From contig CAVQYR010000001.1 of assembly GCA_963718235.1 (NCBI GenBank), forward strand, positions 1,920,001-1,984,000: a stretch of DNA of 64,000 nucleotides. The letters run 5' to 3'. Below the pieces are notes generated by a model, which ran no database searches, had not been told where the DNA came from, and saw nothing but the letters and a program-made list of their open reading frames with translations. A program made the position numbers and the translations under genes. Origin of the DNA: an uncultured Actinomycetota bacterium. Lineage in GTDB: Bacteria > Actinomycetota > Actinomycetes > JAHEKZ01. Each line of letters begins with the position of its first letter. The stretch's first letter is position 1. Positions 12,219 to 20,515 of the stretch are shown here, piece after piece.

Positions 12219-12896
12219 TCACTTACCTTCCTTCAGGCCGAAGCGGTTGGACTTCGCGGCCTCGGTCAGCTGAGCGCTGGATGCCCACGAGTAGACGGTG
12301 TCCACCGTGTTGTCCTCGTCCTCGGTGATGCTCTGGGCGTAGGGGTTCTCGTACGAGGGCTGCTTGCGGAAGGACTGCAGCCAGGACGCCACGGCGTCGT
12401 AGCTGACGGCCTTGCCCGTGTACGTGACGGTGCCGGTCGGCGGGATGTACGGAACGCCGGTGGCCGCTGCCGCTGCGGCTGCGGCCGGGTCGCTCGGGGC
12501 GACGACGATCGACATCGTGGTCAGCCGGACCGACTGCGGGATGGTGAGGCTCAGGTCGTTCATCAGGAACGACACGCGCACCTCAGGAGCCATCGCCGTG
12601 GCGAGGTTCGTCTCCGCGGTGGCCACCTGCTGTGCGACGAGGGGAACCTCGGCGTACTGAGCTGCCTCGGCCTGCAGAGCCGCGTTCTCGGCCTGAGCGG
12701 CTTCCAGCTCGGACTGTGCCGACGAGACCTGCCCGCTGGCCCAGAAGTAGAGCAGGCCAGCCAGGACGAGGGCTCCGACCACGATCACGGCCAGGACCTT
12801 CTTCAGCCGGGCCAGCTGCTCGGCCTGCTCGATCTCCGGGGGCAGGAGGTTCACCCGCGGGAGCGCGGCAGCACGAGTGACAGTCAACGTGGTCAT
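12219..12896 (-). CDS. pilN: Type IV pilus alignment protein PilN
   Basis: PilM-binding VNLLPP motif, TM, coiled coil, IPQSVRLT. Confidence 0.85.
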   Translation of the reverse strand: MTTLTVTRAAALPRVNLLPPEIEQAEQLARLKKVLAVIVVGALVLAGLLYFWASGQVSSAQSELEAAQAENAALQAEAAQYAEVPLVAQQVATAETNLATAMAPEVRVSFLMNDLSLTIPQSVRLTTMSIVVAPSDPAAAAAAAATGVPYIPPTGTVTYTGKAVSYDAVASWLQSFRKQPSYENPYAQSITEDEDNTVDTVYSWASSAQLTEAAKSNRFGLKEGK

Positions 12897-13960
12897 GCGG
12901 CACCGCCCAGGGCAAGACCGACCGGCACGGTGGCCAGCGGTTCGACGAACTGCATCTGCTCTGCGGAGAGCCCGGTCTTGCCGACGGTGATGTCAGCGAA
13001 CGGGTTGCCGCGCACGACCTCGATCCGGGTCGCGGACTGCAGCCGCTCGGCCAGTCCTCCGAGCCTTGATCCGCCACCAGTCAGGAGGATCCGCTCGATC
13101 GGCTGTGAGCCGCTGGACGACGAGTAGTAGTCGAGCGAGCCCCGGACCTGGTCGGCGAACGCCTGCCCGGCCGCGTCCATGACCCGCCCGGCGGCCTGCT
13201 CGTCGGCGTCCTCGCCGGAGGCCTGCATGCCCTGCTCGTGCTTCATGGCCTCGGCCTGTGCGGCGCTCACGCCGATCCGCTCGATGACTGCGTCGGTGAC
13301 GTCCTGGCCGCCCATGAGCAGGATTCGGACGAACCGCGGCACGCCGGACTCGTGGATGATGATGTTGGTGACTCGGGCGCCGACGTCGACGAGTGCCTCG
13401 AGTCGCGAACCGCCCATCCCGAGCTCGTCGGTGTCTGCGAGGGACCGCAGCACCGCAAACGCAGTGAGGTCGACCATCACCGGCTTCAGACCGGCCCGCT
13501 GCACTGCCTCCAGCTGGGCGGAGACCATGTCCCTGCTCGCCGCGACCAGCAGGCCACGCAGCAGGCGTGCCCCGCCGTCGCCGGTCAGCTCCTCGAGAGG
13601 GTAGAAGTCCAGCAGTGCCTGCTCGACCGGCATCGGGATGGTCTCTTGGACTTGGTAGCCAAGAGTCTCCTTCAGCTCGTCGAGCGGGGCCCATGGCAGG
13701 TCGACCTGGCGGACGATGACCTTCTGGTTGGCCACGCCGACCACGACGTCCTTGCCGGTGAACTTGGTGTGGGCCCACAGCTGCTTGAGTGCTGCGGTGA
13801 CCGCGGCGGGGTCGTGTACCTCCCCGTCACGTACCGCACCCTCGGGCAGCGCAACCTGCCCGAACTTTTCGAGCGTGATTCCGGACTTGCCGAATGTCAG
13901 CTCTGCTGCGCGTACGCCCGAGGTCCCGATGTCGAGTCCGATGGCGGTTCGTCCTGCCAC
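12893..13960 (-). CDS. pilM: Type IV pilus assembly protein PilM
   Basis: Actin-like motifs IGLDIGTS, VDVGARVT, LTGGGSRL; C-terminal VGLALG. Confidence 0.93.
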   Translation of the reverse strand: MAGRTAIGLDIGTSGVRAAELTFGKSGITLEKFGQVALPEGAVRDGEVHDPAAVTAALKQLWAHTKFTGKDVVVGVANQKVIVRQVDLPWAPLDELKETLGYQVQETIPMPVEQALLDFYPLEELTGDGGARLLRGLLVAASRDMVSAQLEAVQRAGLKPVMVDLTAFAVLRSLADTDELGMGGSRLEALVDVGARVTNIIIHESGVPRFVRILLMGGQDVTDAVIERIGVSAAQAEAMKHEQGMQASGEDADEQAAGRVMDAAGQAFADQVRGSLDYYSSSSGSQPIERILLTGGGSRLGGLAERLQSATRIEVVRGNPFADITVGKTGLSAEQMQFVEPLATVPVGLALGGAA

Positions 13961-14030
13961 GTCGCTTCCCTTTCACCGTGCGGTGTTACTCCGCGTGGGT
14001 GAGCCCTTTTGGGCCATTCCGAGCAGGTCA

Positions 14031-14056
14031 TCGGCGCACAACGGGGTGGGCTTGAG
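14031..14056 (-). promoter_or_regulatory. Putative sigma28/FliA/WhiG-type promoter of pilMNO
   Basis: CTCAAG-N15-GCCGATGA on the minus strand. Confidence 0.75.
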
Positions 14057-14121
14057 CGTTCGGTGGGCGATTGGTGGCCAGTGGCCACAGGTGCTGCAGG
14101 GACGGGTGTGTCGAGCGGCCG

Positions 14122-14919
14122 TCAGCCGAGGACTCCCAGGTAGGCGTCCCACACCCCATCACCGAAGAGCACGGCGAGCCAGGCACCCAGAAGCATGAAC
14201 GGCCCGAACGGGATCTTGGACTTCCGGCCGGCCCGGTGGGACAGCATGAGGGCGCCGCCGACCACGGCCCCGAGCAGGAAGCCCAGGAACCCCCCCACGG
14301 CCAGCACACCCCAGCCCAGCCAGCCCAGGACAAGCCCCAGGACTCCCGCGAGCTTGACGTCCCCGAACCCCATCCCCGACGGGTACACCAGCACCAGGAC
14401 GAAGTAGAGGCCGAACAGAGCGGCTGCGGCGAGCCAGGCCCGCAGGTAGTCCCCCCACGATCCGTCCGCCACCGTTGGGAGCAGCAGCAGTGCCCCGAGA
14501 ACGGGGTACGACGGCAGCGTGAGGGCATCGGGGAGCCGGTGGACATCCAGGTCGATGAGGGCCAGTGCCACGCCAACGGCCCCGAAGTACAGGTAGGCAG
14601 GCAGGACCCAGTCGAACCCGAACCGAAGGGCCATGGACACGAACACCAGGCCGGTGAGCAGCTCGACGAGCGGGTACCGGATGCTGATCGGCGCCCGACA
14701 CTGTCGACAACTTCCGCGCAGCAGCAGCCACGACAGGACCGGGATGTTGTCCAGCGCCCCGATCTCGTAGCCGCACCGAGGGCAGCGGGAGCGTGGGGAG
14801 ACGACCGACTCCCCGCGCGGGACCCGATAGATCACGACGTTAAGGAACGACCCGACGATCAGCCCGAGGACGGCGCACAGGACAGTCAGCACGGCCGTAC
14901 CGTAGTCGCCAAGCACCAC
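14122..14919 (-). CDS. pilD: Prepilin peptidase/N-methyltransferase
   Basis: GSFLNVVIYRVP, two CxxC, IDLDVHRLPD, GMGFGDVKL, IPFGPF. Confidence 0.93.
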   Translation of the reverse strand: MVLGDYGTAVLTVLCAVLGLIVGSFLNVVIYRVPRGESVVSPRSRCPRCGYEIGALDNIPVLSWLLLRGSCRQCRAPISIRYPLVELLTGLVFVSMALRFGFDWVLPAYLYFGAVGVALALIDLDVHRLPDALTLPSYPVLGALLLLPTVADGSWGDYLRAWLAAAALFGLYFVLVLVYPSGMGFGDVKLAGVLGLVLGWLGWGVLAVGGFLGFLLGAVVGGALMLSHRAGRKSKIPFGPFMLLGAWLAVLFGDGVWDAYLGVLG

Positions 14920-14924
14920 CGAAC

Positions 14925-16574
14925 TCAGTACTGAGGACTCAGCTCGGCCGTGGTCTTGGCCCCCCAGACCGCGTTCGTCCACTGCGGGAAGTACGGCGGA
15001 GAGGTGAACTTCAGCCGCGAGTCGTACCCGTAGTCCTTCAGGTACCCGGTACCGCTGCCGCCACTGGTACCCACGATCCCGCGCCAGCGCTGGGCGATGG
15101 ATCCCCGGACGTGCAGGGTGCCCATCTTGGCGCCGTCGTTGTAGGACTGGACCCAGAAGCTGTGCTGCAGCGTCTGCAGCGACGCGTAGATCCACCGGTC
15201 GCCGACCGCGGTCAGGTTGTTGCCGCTGGCGTCGACGGGGTGGTAGACCACGACCGAGTTGGCAGCCACGAGCCCCAGCATGTCGGGACCGCTCGGGGCG
15301 GACCCCACTGGCGCGCCGGCGATCAGCATGTCACCCGTCACGACGATGTTGTTCTGGGCAGCCACGGTGACCCGGCCCAGGAGCGTCCCCTGGATGTAGG
15401 CGTTGCCGTTGCCGCAGTAGAACGTCGGGGTGTTCATGTTGTCGTCGTTGGCGATCGGTAGCCCGTCACCGATCTGGCCCGTGGTGCACTTGGCCTGGGT
15501 CGACGCGTTCTTGACGTAGATGACCTTGTCGTTGGGTACTGGCACCGTTACCGGGGAGGCCCCGGTGAAGGTTCCGCATCCCGCTCCGGTCGAGGTACCC
15601 GCGCTTCGGGTGCTCCAAACTGTCATCGTTCCGTTGCTGTTGAACTTGATCCGGGTGTCGCCGGTGTACTGGCAGCCGGGGTAGCCGCTGAACGCGCTGC
15701 TGTTGTCCGGCAGGTACAGCAGCGGTGCGTAGCGGGGCTGCCCGCCGTTCAGGTTGGGCGTGCCGCTGCCGCGACGGCAGTTGGCGATGCTCGGCGTCTT
15801 GCACTTCGGGTCGGCGGTCTCGTACTGCTTGAGGAACGTCGTCGAGCCGTTGATCAGCGGAGTGTCGTTGAAGTGCACCGCGCCGTCGAGGACGTCACCC
15901 GAGACGAACTGGATCTCGGTGCATCCGCGTGAGCTGTTCTCCCACCAGTAGTCGGCGCTGGCCGGCCCGGACTTGCCGCACGCGTTCGTCGAAGGTCCGG
16001 TCGGGTAGACCTGGGTGTTGCCGGGGTCGGCGTCCTCGAAGTCGGTGTAGTAGAGGAAGTCGGTCGATCCACCGCGCGAGACGAGCACCTGGATCGAGCG
16101 TGAGCTGGTCCGCACCTTGCCGGTCACCGTGACGCGCACCGCGCCCTGGCTGTAGATGCCGCTCGCGTCCACGTCGTAGTGGAAGAGCCCGGCGTCGCTG
16201 TTGCCCGGCTGGACGTACTGCCAGCCCGGGGTGGTCGACGCGTTCCAGCCACAGCTGTTCGTACCGGCCTTGGGCCCCTTGAGCGCCGGGTTCGTGCAGT
16301 CGACCGAGGTCCAGTAGGTGTCGCTCTGGTTGAGCCGGGCAATGTAGTCGTCGACCCCTGCCTGGGCCGCCGCAAGGGCCGCGTTCCAGTCCTGGCTGCG
16401 CCGAGCGCCCGGCTGCGCCTGCAGAGCCATCGTGAAGGCTGCCGCGAGGAGCATGCTGAGGACCGTGATCGACGCCATCACCAAGATCATGGCGATGCCC
16501 TGGTCCTCGCCCGGGTCAGGGGCTCGACCGCTGAGGCGGTTGGCGACGTTTCGGTACATGTCTGCTCCTGTCAC
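14925..16574 (-). CDS. PilX/GspK-like large minor pilin, candidate tip adhesin
   Basis: G|IAMILVMA prepilin-like site lacking E5; AALAAAQAGVDD; Cys-rich beta body; YLKDYGYDSRL tail. Confidence 0.75.
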   Translation of the reverse strand: MTGADMYRNVANRLSGRAPDPGEDQGIAMILVMASITVLSMLLAAAFTMALQAQPGARRSQDWNAALAAAQAGVDDYIARLNQSDTYWTSVDCTNPALKGPKAGTNSCGWNASTTPGWQYVQPGNSDAGLFHYDVDASGIYSQGAVRVTVTGKVRTSSRSIQVLVSRGGSTDFLYYTDFEDADPGNTQVYPTGPSTNACGKSGPASADYWWENSSRGCTEIQFVSGDVLDGAVHFNDTPLINGSTTFLKQYETADPKCKTPSIANCRRGSGTPNLNGGQPRYAPLLYLPDNSSAFSGYPGCQYTGDTRIKFNSNGTMTVWSTRSAGTSTGAGCGTFTGASPVTVPVPNDKVIYVKNASTQAKCTTGQIGDGLPIANDDNMNTPTFYCGNGNAYIQGTLLGRVTVAAQNNIVVTGDMLIAGAPVGSAPSGPDMLGLVAANSVVVYHPVDASGNNLTAVGDRWIYASLQTLQHSFWVQSYNDGAKMGTLHVRGSIAQRWRGIVGTSGGSGTGYLKDYGYDSRLKFTSPPYFPQWTNAVWGAKTTAELSPQY

Positions 16575-17287
16575 GGACTCGGAGTCGTCTGGGCGATGGC
16601 GTCGGCGTTAGGCAGGGTCACCCTGGACGCGAAGGTCGTCGCGGGCACCCGCGTGCCGTTGCCGACCCGCGTCGAGACCACCACGTCGACGCTGTCGACC
16701 AGCGACAGCGCAGTGGCGTTCAGCGTTGCCGTGCCGAGTGACGTCCCCGTGTTGTCGTAGTAGGTGAACACGGTCTGTCCGGGCACCATGTTGCGGGCCA
16801 GGACCCGGCTCTTGACGACGCAGCCTGGACCTGGGGTGCAGTACTGGTAGTTGTAGTCGTTCGCGGCGTGGGCGTTGGGTGCCTGCACGGTCTCGACCAG
16901 CTCGTTCGCGGCGTTCACCGCGTAGCTGACCCGGCTGGGCCCAATGACGTTGTTGTCGTTGTTGATGTTCGCGTAGAACTGCACCGAGGTCGGTGTCCCC
17001 TGGATGAAGGCAGCAAGGTTGCTGCAGCCGGTACAGGTGGCGTTCAGCTGCGAGGGCAACACCGCTGTGCGCAGGTTCTTGGTCACCGACTCGATGGCCT
17101 GGCGGCCCTGCTGGGTCTGGTCGACGCGGTTCGACTGGTCGCTGACGGTGCGCTGCGTCATGATCAGGGCGGTCTGGACCCCGGCCAGCACGACTCCGAG
17201 GATGAAGATCGTGATGATCACCTCGGTGAGGGTGAAGCCGCCGTCGCCGCTGGCGGCCCTGTTGCGGCGTCGAAGGAACTCGGTCAC
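16571..17287 (-). CDS. Minor pilin (PilW-like)
   Basis: G|FTLTEVIITIFILGVV class III signal. Confidence 0.85.
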   Translation of the reverse strand: MTEFLRRRNRAASGDGGFTLTEVIITIFILGVVLAGVQTALIMTQRTVSDQSNRVDQTQQGRQAIESVTKNLRTAVLPSQLNATCTGCSNLAAFIQGTPTSVQFYANINNDNNVIGPSRVSYAVNAANELVETVQAPNAHAANDYNYQYCTPGPGCVVKSRVLARNMVPGQTVFTYYDNTGTSLGTATLNATALSLVDSVDVVVSTRVGNGTRVPATTFASRVTLPNADAIAQTTPSP

Positions 17288-18636
17288 GTCGTCACCGCCG
17301 TCACGGTCGAGGGAGTGGAGGTCGGGAGCAGCCCGGAGATCGTGGGCCAGCTCCCGGAGGGGCTTCGGCCCTGGACCTGGATGACCCAGCTGCCTGCCGG
17401 CAGAGAAGTCAGGAGGTCACCGGACCCGTTGGTGACGCCGAGGTTCAGTGAGGTGTCCGTGGTCAGGCAGCCAGTCGTCGATGAGGGAACCGCGACCACC
17501 GTGGCGTTGGAGAGCCACACCCCGGCTGCGGTCCGGACCCGCACCCGGACAGGTGCCAGCCGGGTCGTGGTCGAGGCCGAGGCGCCCGGCGCTACTACGA
17601 CCGCTGCCGAGCGGGTTCCGCCTGCCGTGGCCGGGTCGGACTGGGAGCAGGTGCCGGCCCAGACCGAGTAGCCGTCGGGGAAGGGCCACAGGGTCGGGAT
17701 CGTCGTGGTGGCGCCGGACGACGCCAGCAGCCGGGTCCCGGTCGGCTGGAGCCCCGTGTTCGCCAGGGTGACGCCAGGCAGGGTCGCGGGCAGGGCATAG
17801 CCGCCCTCGGTCGTGAACGTGACCGCGAGCGTCGAGGCCCGGTCGTAGTTGAAGGTCAGCTGCGAGAGGGTCCCGGAGCTGACGACGACGTTCTTCGAAG
17901 GGCTCTGTGTGCCGTAGAAGTCCACGTAGCCGGCCGTGTTCATCGAGGCGGCGTAGGTACCGAAGCTCGTCACGGAGAAGACCGCGCAGCCGTCGTCTGC
18001 GGTTGTGTCGGTGGAGGTGCCGCCTGGTCCGGACAGCTGAACGAGCTGGCCGATGCGCGGCTGACCGGCGCTGTCCAGGACCTTGACCCCGACGAAGGCC
18101 AGCGTCGAGGACAGGATGCCCTTCTTGGGGGTGAGGATCGTGCTCGTCTCGACCGGCGGCACGTTACCCATCCCCGGCCAGGTCACCTCGACCTTGACCG
18201 ACAGGGTCGGGTACGTGATGGCCGCGCCGCCGTCGCAGGCGCTCTTGCCGGACCCGGCCGGCAGCCACTCCACGTTTCGGGTCACGGTGTATGGCACGCT
18301 GTCGACGTACAGAGGGTTGCCTACCGTTCCCCCGGGCAACGGGTGGGGATTGACCACGAAGTTCGTCGCGGCCAGGGTCGTGGGTCCGGTCAGCGAGGCG
18401 TTGAACTCGTTCCGGACGATCTCCGCCTCACGCGACGCGAGGTTGGCCGCCGCCACCCGGTTCTTGTCCAGCCTCGCCGTCTTCATGACCGCCGCCAGGC
18501 CGGCCACGGTCGCGGCGGCCACGACGGCGAAGATCACCATCGCGATGACCACTTCGATCAGGGTGAGTCCGGCCTCGTCAGAACGAGGTCCGCCACGCGC
18601 GTTGGGGTACCTGGGCACCCGGAAGGCCTTCCGCAT
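17284..18636 (-). CDS. Large minor pilin (PilV-like) with C-terminal beta-sandwich repeats
   Basis: G|LTLIEVVIAMVIFAVV; repeated VKVLD..G / VRVRT..G strands. Confidence 0.8.
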   Translation of the reverse strand: MRKAFRVPRYPNARGGPRSDEAGLTLIEVVIAMVIFAVVAAATVAGLAAVMKTARLDKNRVAAANLASREAEIVRNEFNASLTGPTTLAATNFVVNPHPLPGGTVGNPLYVDSVPYTVTRNVEWLPAGSGKSACDGGAAITYPTLSVKVEVTWPGMGNVPPVETSTILTPKKGILSSTLAFVGVKVLDSAGQPRIGQLVQLSGPGGTSTDTTADDGCAVFSVTSFGTYAASMNTAGYVDFYGTQSPSKNVVVSSGTLSQLTFNYDRASTLAVTFTTEGGYALPATLPGVTLANTGLQPTGTRLLASSGATTTIPTLWPFPDGYSVWAGTCSQSDPATAGGTRSAAVVVAPGASASTTTRLAPVRVRVRTAAGVWLSNATVVAVPSSTTGCLTTDTSLNLGVTNGSGDLLTSLPAGSWVIQVQGRSPSGSWPTISGLLPTSTPSTVTAVTT

Positions 18637-18646
18637 GCCAGATGGG

Positions 18647-18672
18647 TCGGCATCGCCAAACCCCGTCTTGAG
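18647..18672 (-). promoter_or_regulatory. Putative sigma28-type promoter of the minor pilin operon
   Basis: CTCAAG-N15-GCCGAC, ending 10 nt before the ATG at 18636. Confidence 0.7.
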
Positions 18673-18723
18673 CGCCGGATCGGTTGATTTGTGCCGTCCT
18701 GGGGCACTCGACCCCCTGGAACG

Positions 18724-18765
18724 CCCGTGGGCCCCGTCCGGCGTGTGACGGACGGGGCCCACGGG
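18724..18765 (-). terminator. Hairpin downstream of pilin 3
   Basis: cccgtgggccccgtccg-tcacacgc-cggacggggcccacggg. Confidence 0.75.
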
Positions 18766-18774
18766 GTTCGTCGA

Positions 18775-19161
18775 TCAGGTGCAGACGGTCTTGGACAGGC
18801 CGCCTGCGTCGCTGTCGTAGTACCAACGGGTGATCGAGGCATCCACGTTGGCGGCCCGCAGGCAGAATGCTGAGTTGCCACCGGAGATCACCGTGATCGT
18901 GTTGCCGGTCGACGTCTTCAGAGTCGCCGGGAGAGCGGCCAGCGAAGCCGGGTACACGTTGAAGTCGGTGTAGTAGGTCTCCATCTCGTTCGCCACGGTA
19001 CGGAGGTCGGACTTCATCGACGACTCAGTCGCCTTCTTGCGCTGGTTGAGGAAGACCGGGATCGCAATCGCGGCCAGAATACCGATGATGATGATCACGA
19101 CGAGGAGCTCGATCAGCGTGAAGCCGCTGTCGTCCCTCGACGCTCGGATCCGAGCAAACAT
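18775..19161 (-). CDS. pilA: Type IVa major-type pilin, copy 3
   Basis: G|FTLIELLVVIIIIGILAAIAIP; C-terminal Cys pair; RBS ggaagg. Confidence 0.9.
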   Translation of the reverse strand: MFARIRASRDDSGFTLIELLVVIIIIGILAAIAIPVFLNQRKKATESSMKSDLRTVANEMETYYTDFNVYPASLAALPATLKTSTGNTITVISGGNSAFCLRAANVDASITRWYYDSDAGGLSKTVCT

Positions 19162-19238
19162 GACACTTCCTTCCGCAGCTCGCTCGCCGATTTGCCGGAG
19201 GAGCCACAACTCCACGGATTGCTATGACCCTGGATACT

Positions 19239-19265
19239 TCGGACCGCCGACCCACCGAACTTGAG
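19239..19265 (-). promoter_or_regulatory. Near-consensus sigma28-type promoter of pilin 3
   Basis: CTCAAG-N16-TCCGAAG. Confidence 0.55.
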
Positions 19266-19306
19266 CCGGAAGTTGTGTTCGTGTGTTGCACGTGCGGGCC
19301 GCGGAC

Positions 19307-19345
19307 GCCAGAAGGTGGGCCGACTCTCGTCGACCCACCTTCTGG
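19307..19345 (-). terminator. Hairpin downstream of pilin 2
   Basis: ccagaaggtggg...cccaccttctgg inverted repeat. Confidence 0.7.
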
Positions 19346-19359
19346 TGCAACTGCAACGA

Positions 19360-19807
19360 TCAGCCAGTCACGGATCCCCCGAAGCTGCCCCCGACGGAGA
19401 TGGGACAACCTGGAGAGTTCCGGGGCTGGAGGCCGCCGGCCCTGCTGTCGTAGTACCACTTCGAGCCTGCATCGGCGTGCTGGCCCTCGATGCAGTACCC
19501 GAGCGTGTCGTACGAGGTGATGGTCACCGTGACTCCCGGCGAGGCGACGATGATTTGAGCCGTCCGCAGCGAGGTCGGTGACTGTTCCATAGGTGAAGCT
19601 CGACGTGAAGTAGGTCTCCTGGAACTTCGCGGCAACTTCGATGTCGCTCTTGATGGATGCCTCACGAGCTCGCTGCCTCTGTGACAAGAGGTAGGGGATG
19701 GCGATCGCGGCGAGGATTCCGATGATGATGATGACGACGAGCAACTCGATGAGCGTGAAGCCCTGGTCCTGTCTGTCACGGCGAACCGTCGGTGCGCTGT
19801 GATCCAT
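19360..19807 (-). CDS. Divergent type IVa pilin, copy 2, frameshifted near 19555 (error or pseudogene)
   Basis: GFTLIELL N-terminus in one frame; YCIEGQH..KWYYDSRAGGL C-terminus in another. Confidence 0.8.
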
Positions 19808-19826
19808 GACATTTCCCCTTGAGACG

Positions 19827-19870
19827 CCTCATGGGTCCCGCCCGAAGTGTGACGGACGGGACCCATGAGG
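19827..19870 (-). terminator. Hairpin downstream of pilin 1
   Basis: cctcatgggtcccgtccg-tcacactt-cgggcgggacccatgagg. Confidence 0.75.
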
Positions 19871-19877
19871 TTGTCGA

Positions 19878-20270
19878 TCAGGTGCAGACGGTCTTGGACA
19901 GGCCGCCGCCGTCGCTGTCGTAGTACCAGACGGCGATGGACGCGTCCACGTTGTTGGCACGCAGGCAGAATGCCGACGCCCCACCGGACACGACGGTCAG
20001 GGTGTTGCCGGTCGACGTCTTGAGTGTCGCCGGGAGTGCAGCCAGCGAAGCCGGGTACAGGTTGAAGTCGGTGTAGTAGGTCTCCATCTCGTTCGCCACG
20101 GTACGGAGGTCGGACTTCATCGACGACTCAGTCGCCTTCTTGCGCTGGTTGAGGAAGACCGGGATCGCAATCGCGGCCAGAATACCGATGATGATGATCA
20201 CGACGAGGAGCTCGATCAGCGTGAAGCCGCCGTCTCGCTCTTCCATCGCCTTGCGGATACGAGCGTGCAT
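19878..20270 (-). CDS. pilA: Type IVa major-type pilin, copy 1
   Basis: MHARIRKAMEERDGG|FTLIELL; 115-aa mature pilin with Cys pair. Confidence 0.92.
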   Translation of the reverse strand: MHARIRKAMEERDGGFTLIELLVVIIIIGILAAIAIPVFLNQRKKATESSMKSDLRTVANEMETYYTDFNLYPASLAALPATLKTSTGNTLTVVSGGASAFCLRANNVDASIAVWYYDSDGGGLSKTVCT

Positions 20271-20340
20271 CTGATGTCCCTTTCCGGACGAGAATCGTCG
20301 AGCCTTCGACATTCAGCCCTCAAGGACTCTTGTGGAGTCC

Positions 20341-20417
20341 GACCGAGGTAGCTGGGCTGACCCGAGGGTCCCCTGGCTTTGCGTCCCCGCCTCTCGGCGG
20401 GTTTGCCCGTTCTGGCC
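20341..20417 (-). ncRNA. c-di-GMP-I (GEMM-I) riboswitch in the pilin 5' leader
   Basis: Minus strand GGGCAAACCCGCC-GAGA-GGCGGGGACGCAAAGCC...GCUACC matches the class I core, with a GNRA loop. Confidence 0.88.
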
Positions 20418-20441
20418 GTTGGCTCTCTTACGTCTGGGTTT

Positions 20442-20467
20442 TCGGCTCTCCGCTCGCCCATCTTGAG
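20442..20467 (-). promoter_or_regulatory. Putative sigma28-type promoter of riboswitch-pilin 1
   Basis: CTCAAG-N15-GCCGAAAA immediately upstream of the riboswitch. Confidence 0.78.
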
Positions 20468-20515
20468 GGCAATCGGGGTCGACTTCGGGGCGACCCCGCG
20501 AAGGTCGAGTGCTGC

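Noticed and set aside
19165-19200. Second riboswitch before pilin 3 (ggcaaat..)
   Set aside because: It lacks the GGGACGCAAAGCC core and the paired stems.
19810-19826. CTCAAG before pilin 2 as another sigma28 promoter
   Set aside because: There is no GCCGA at the right spacing, and it abuts the RBS.
19878-20270. Electrically conductive e-pilin
   Set aside because: Aromatics occur at 1, 24, 50, 51, 54 and 57, but only 10 of 115 residues are aromatic and position 27 is Gln. There are no cytochromes in the window.
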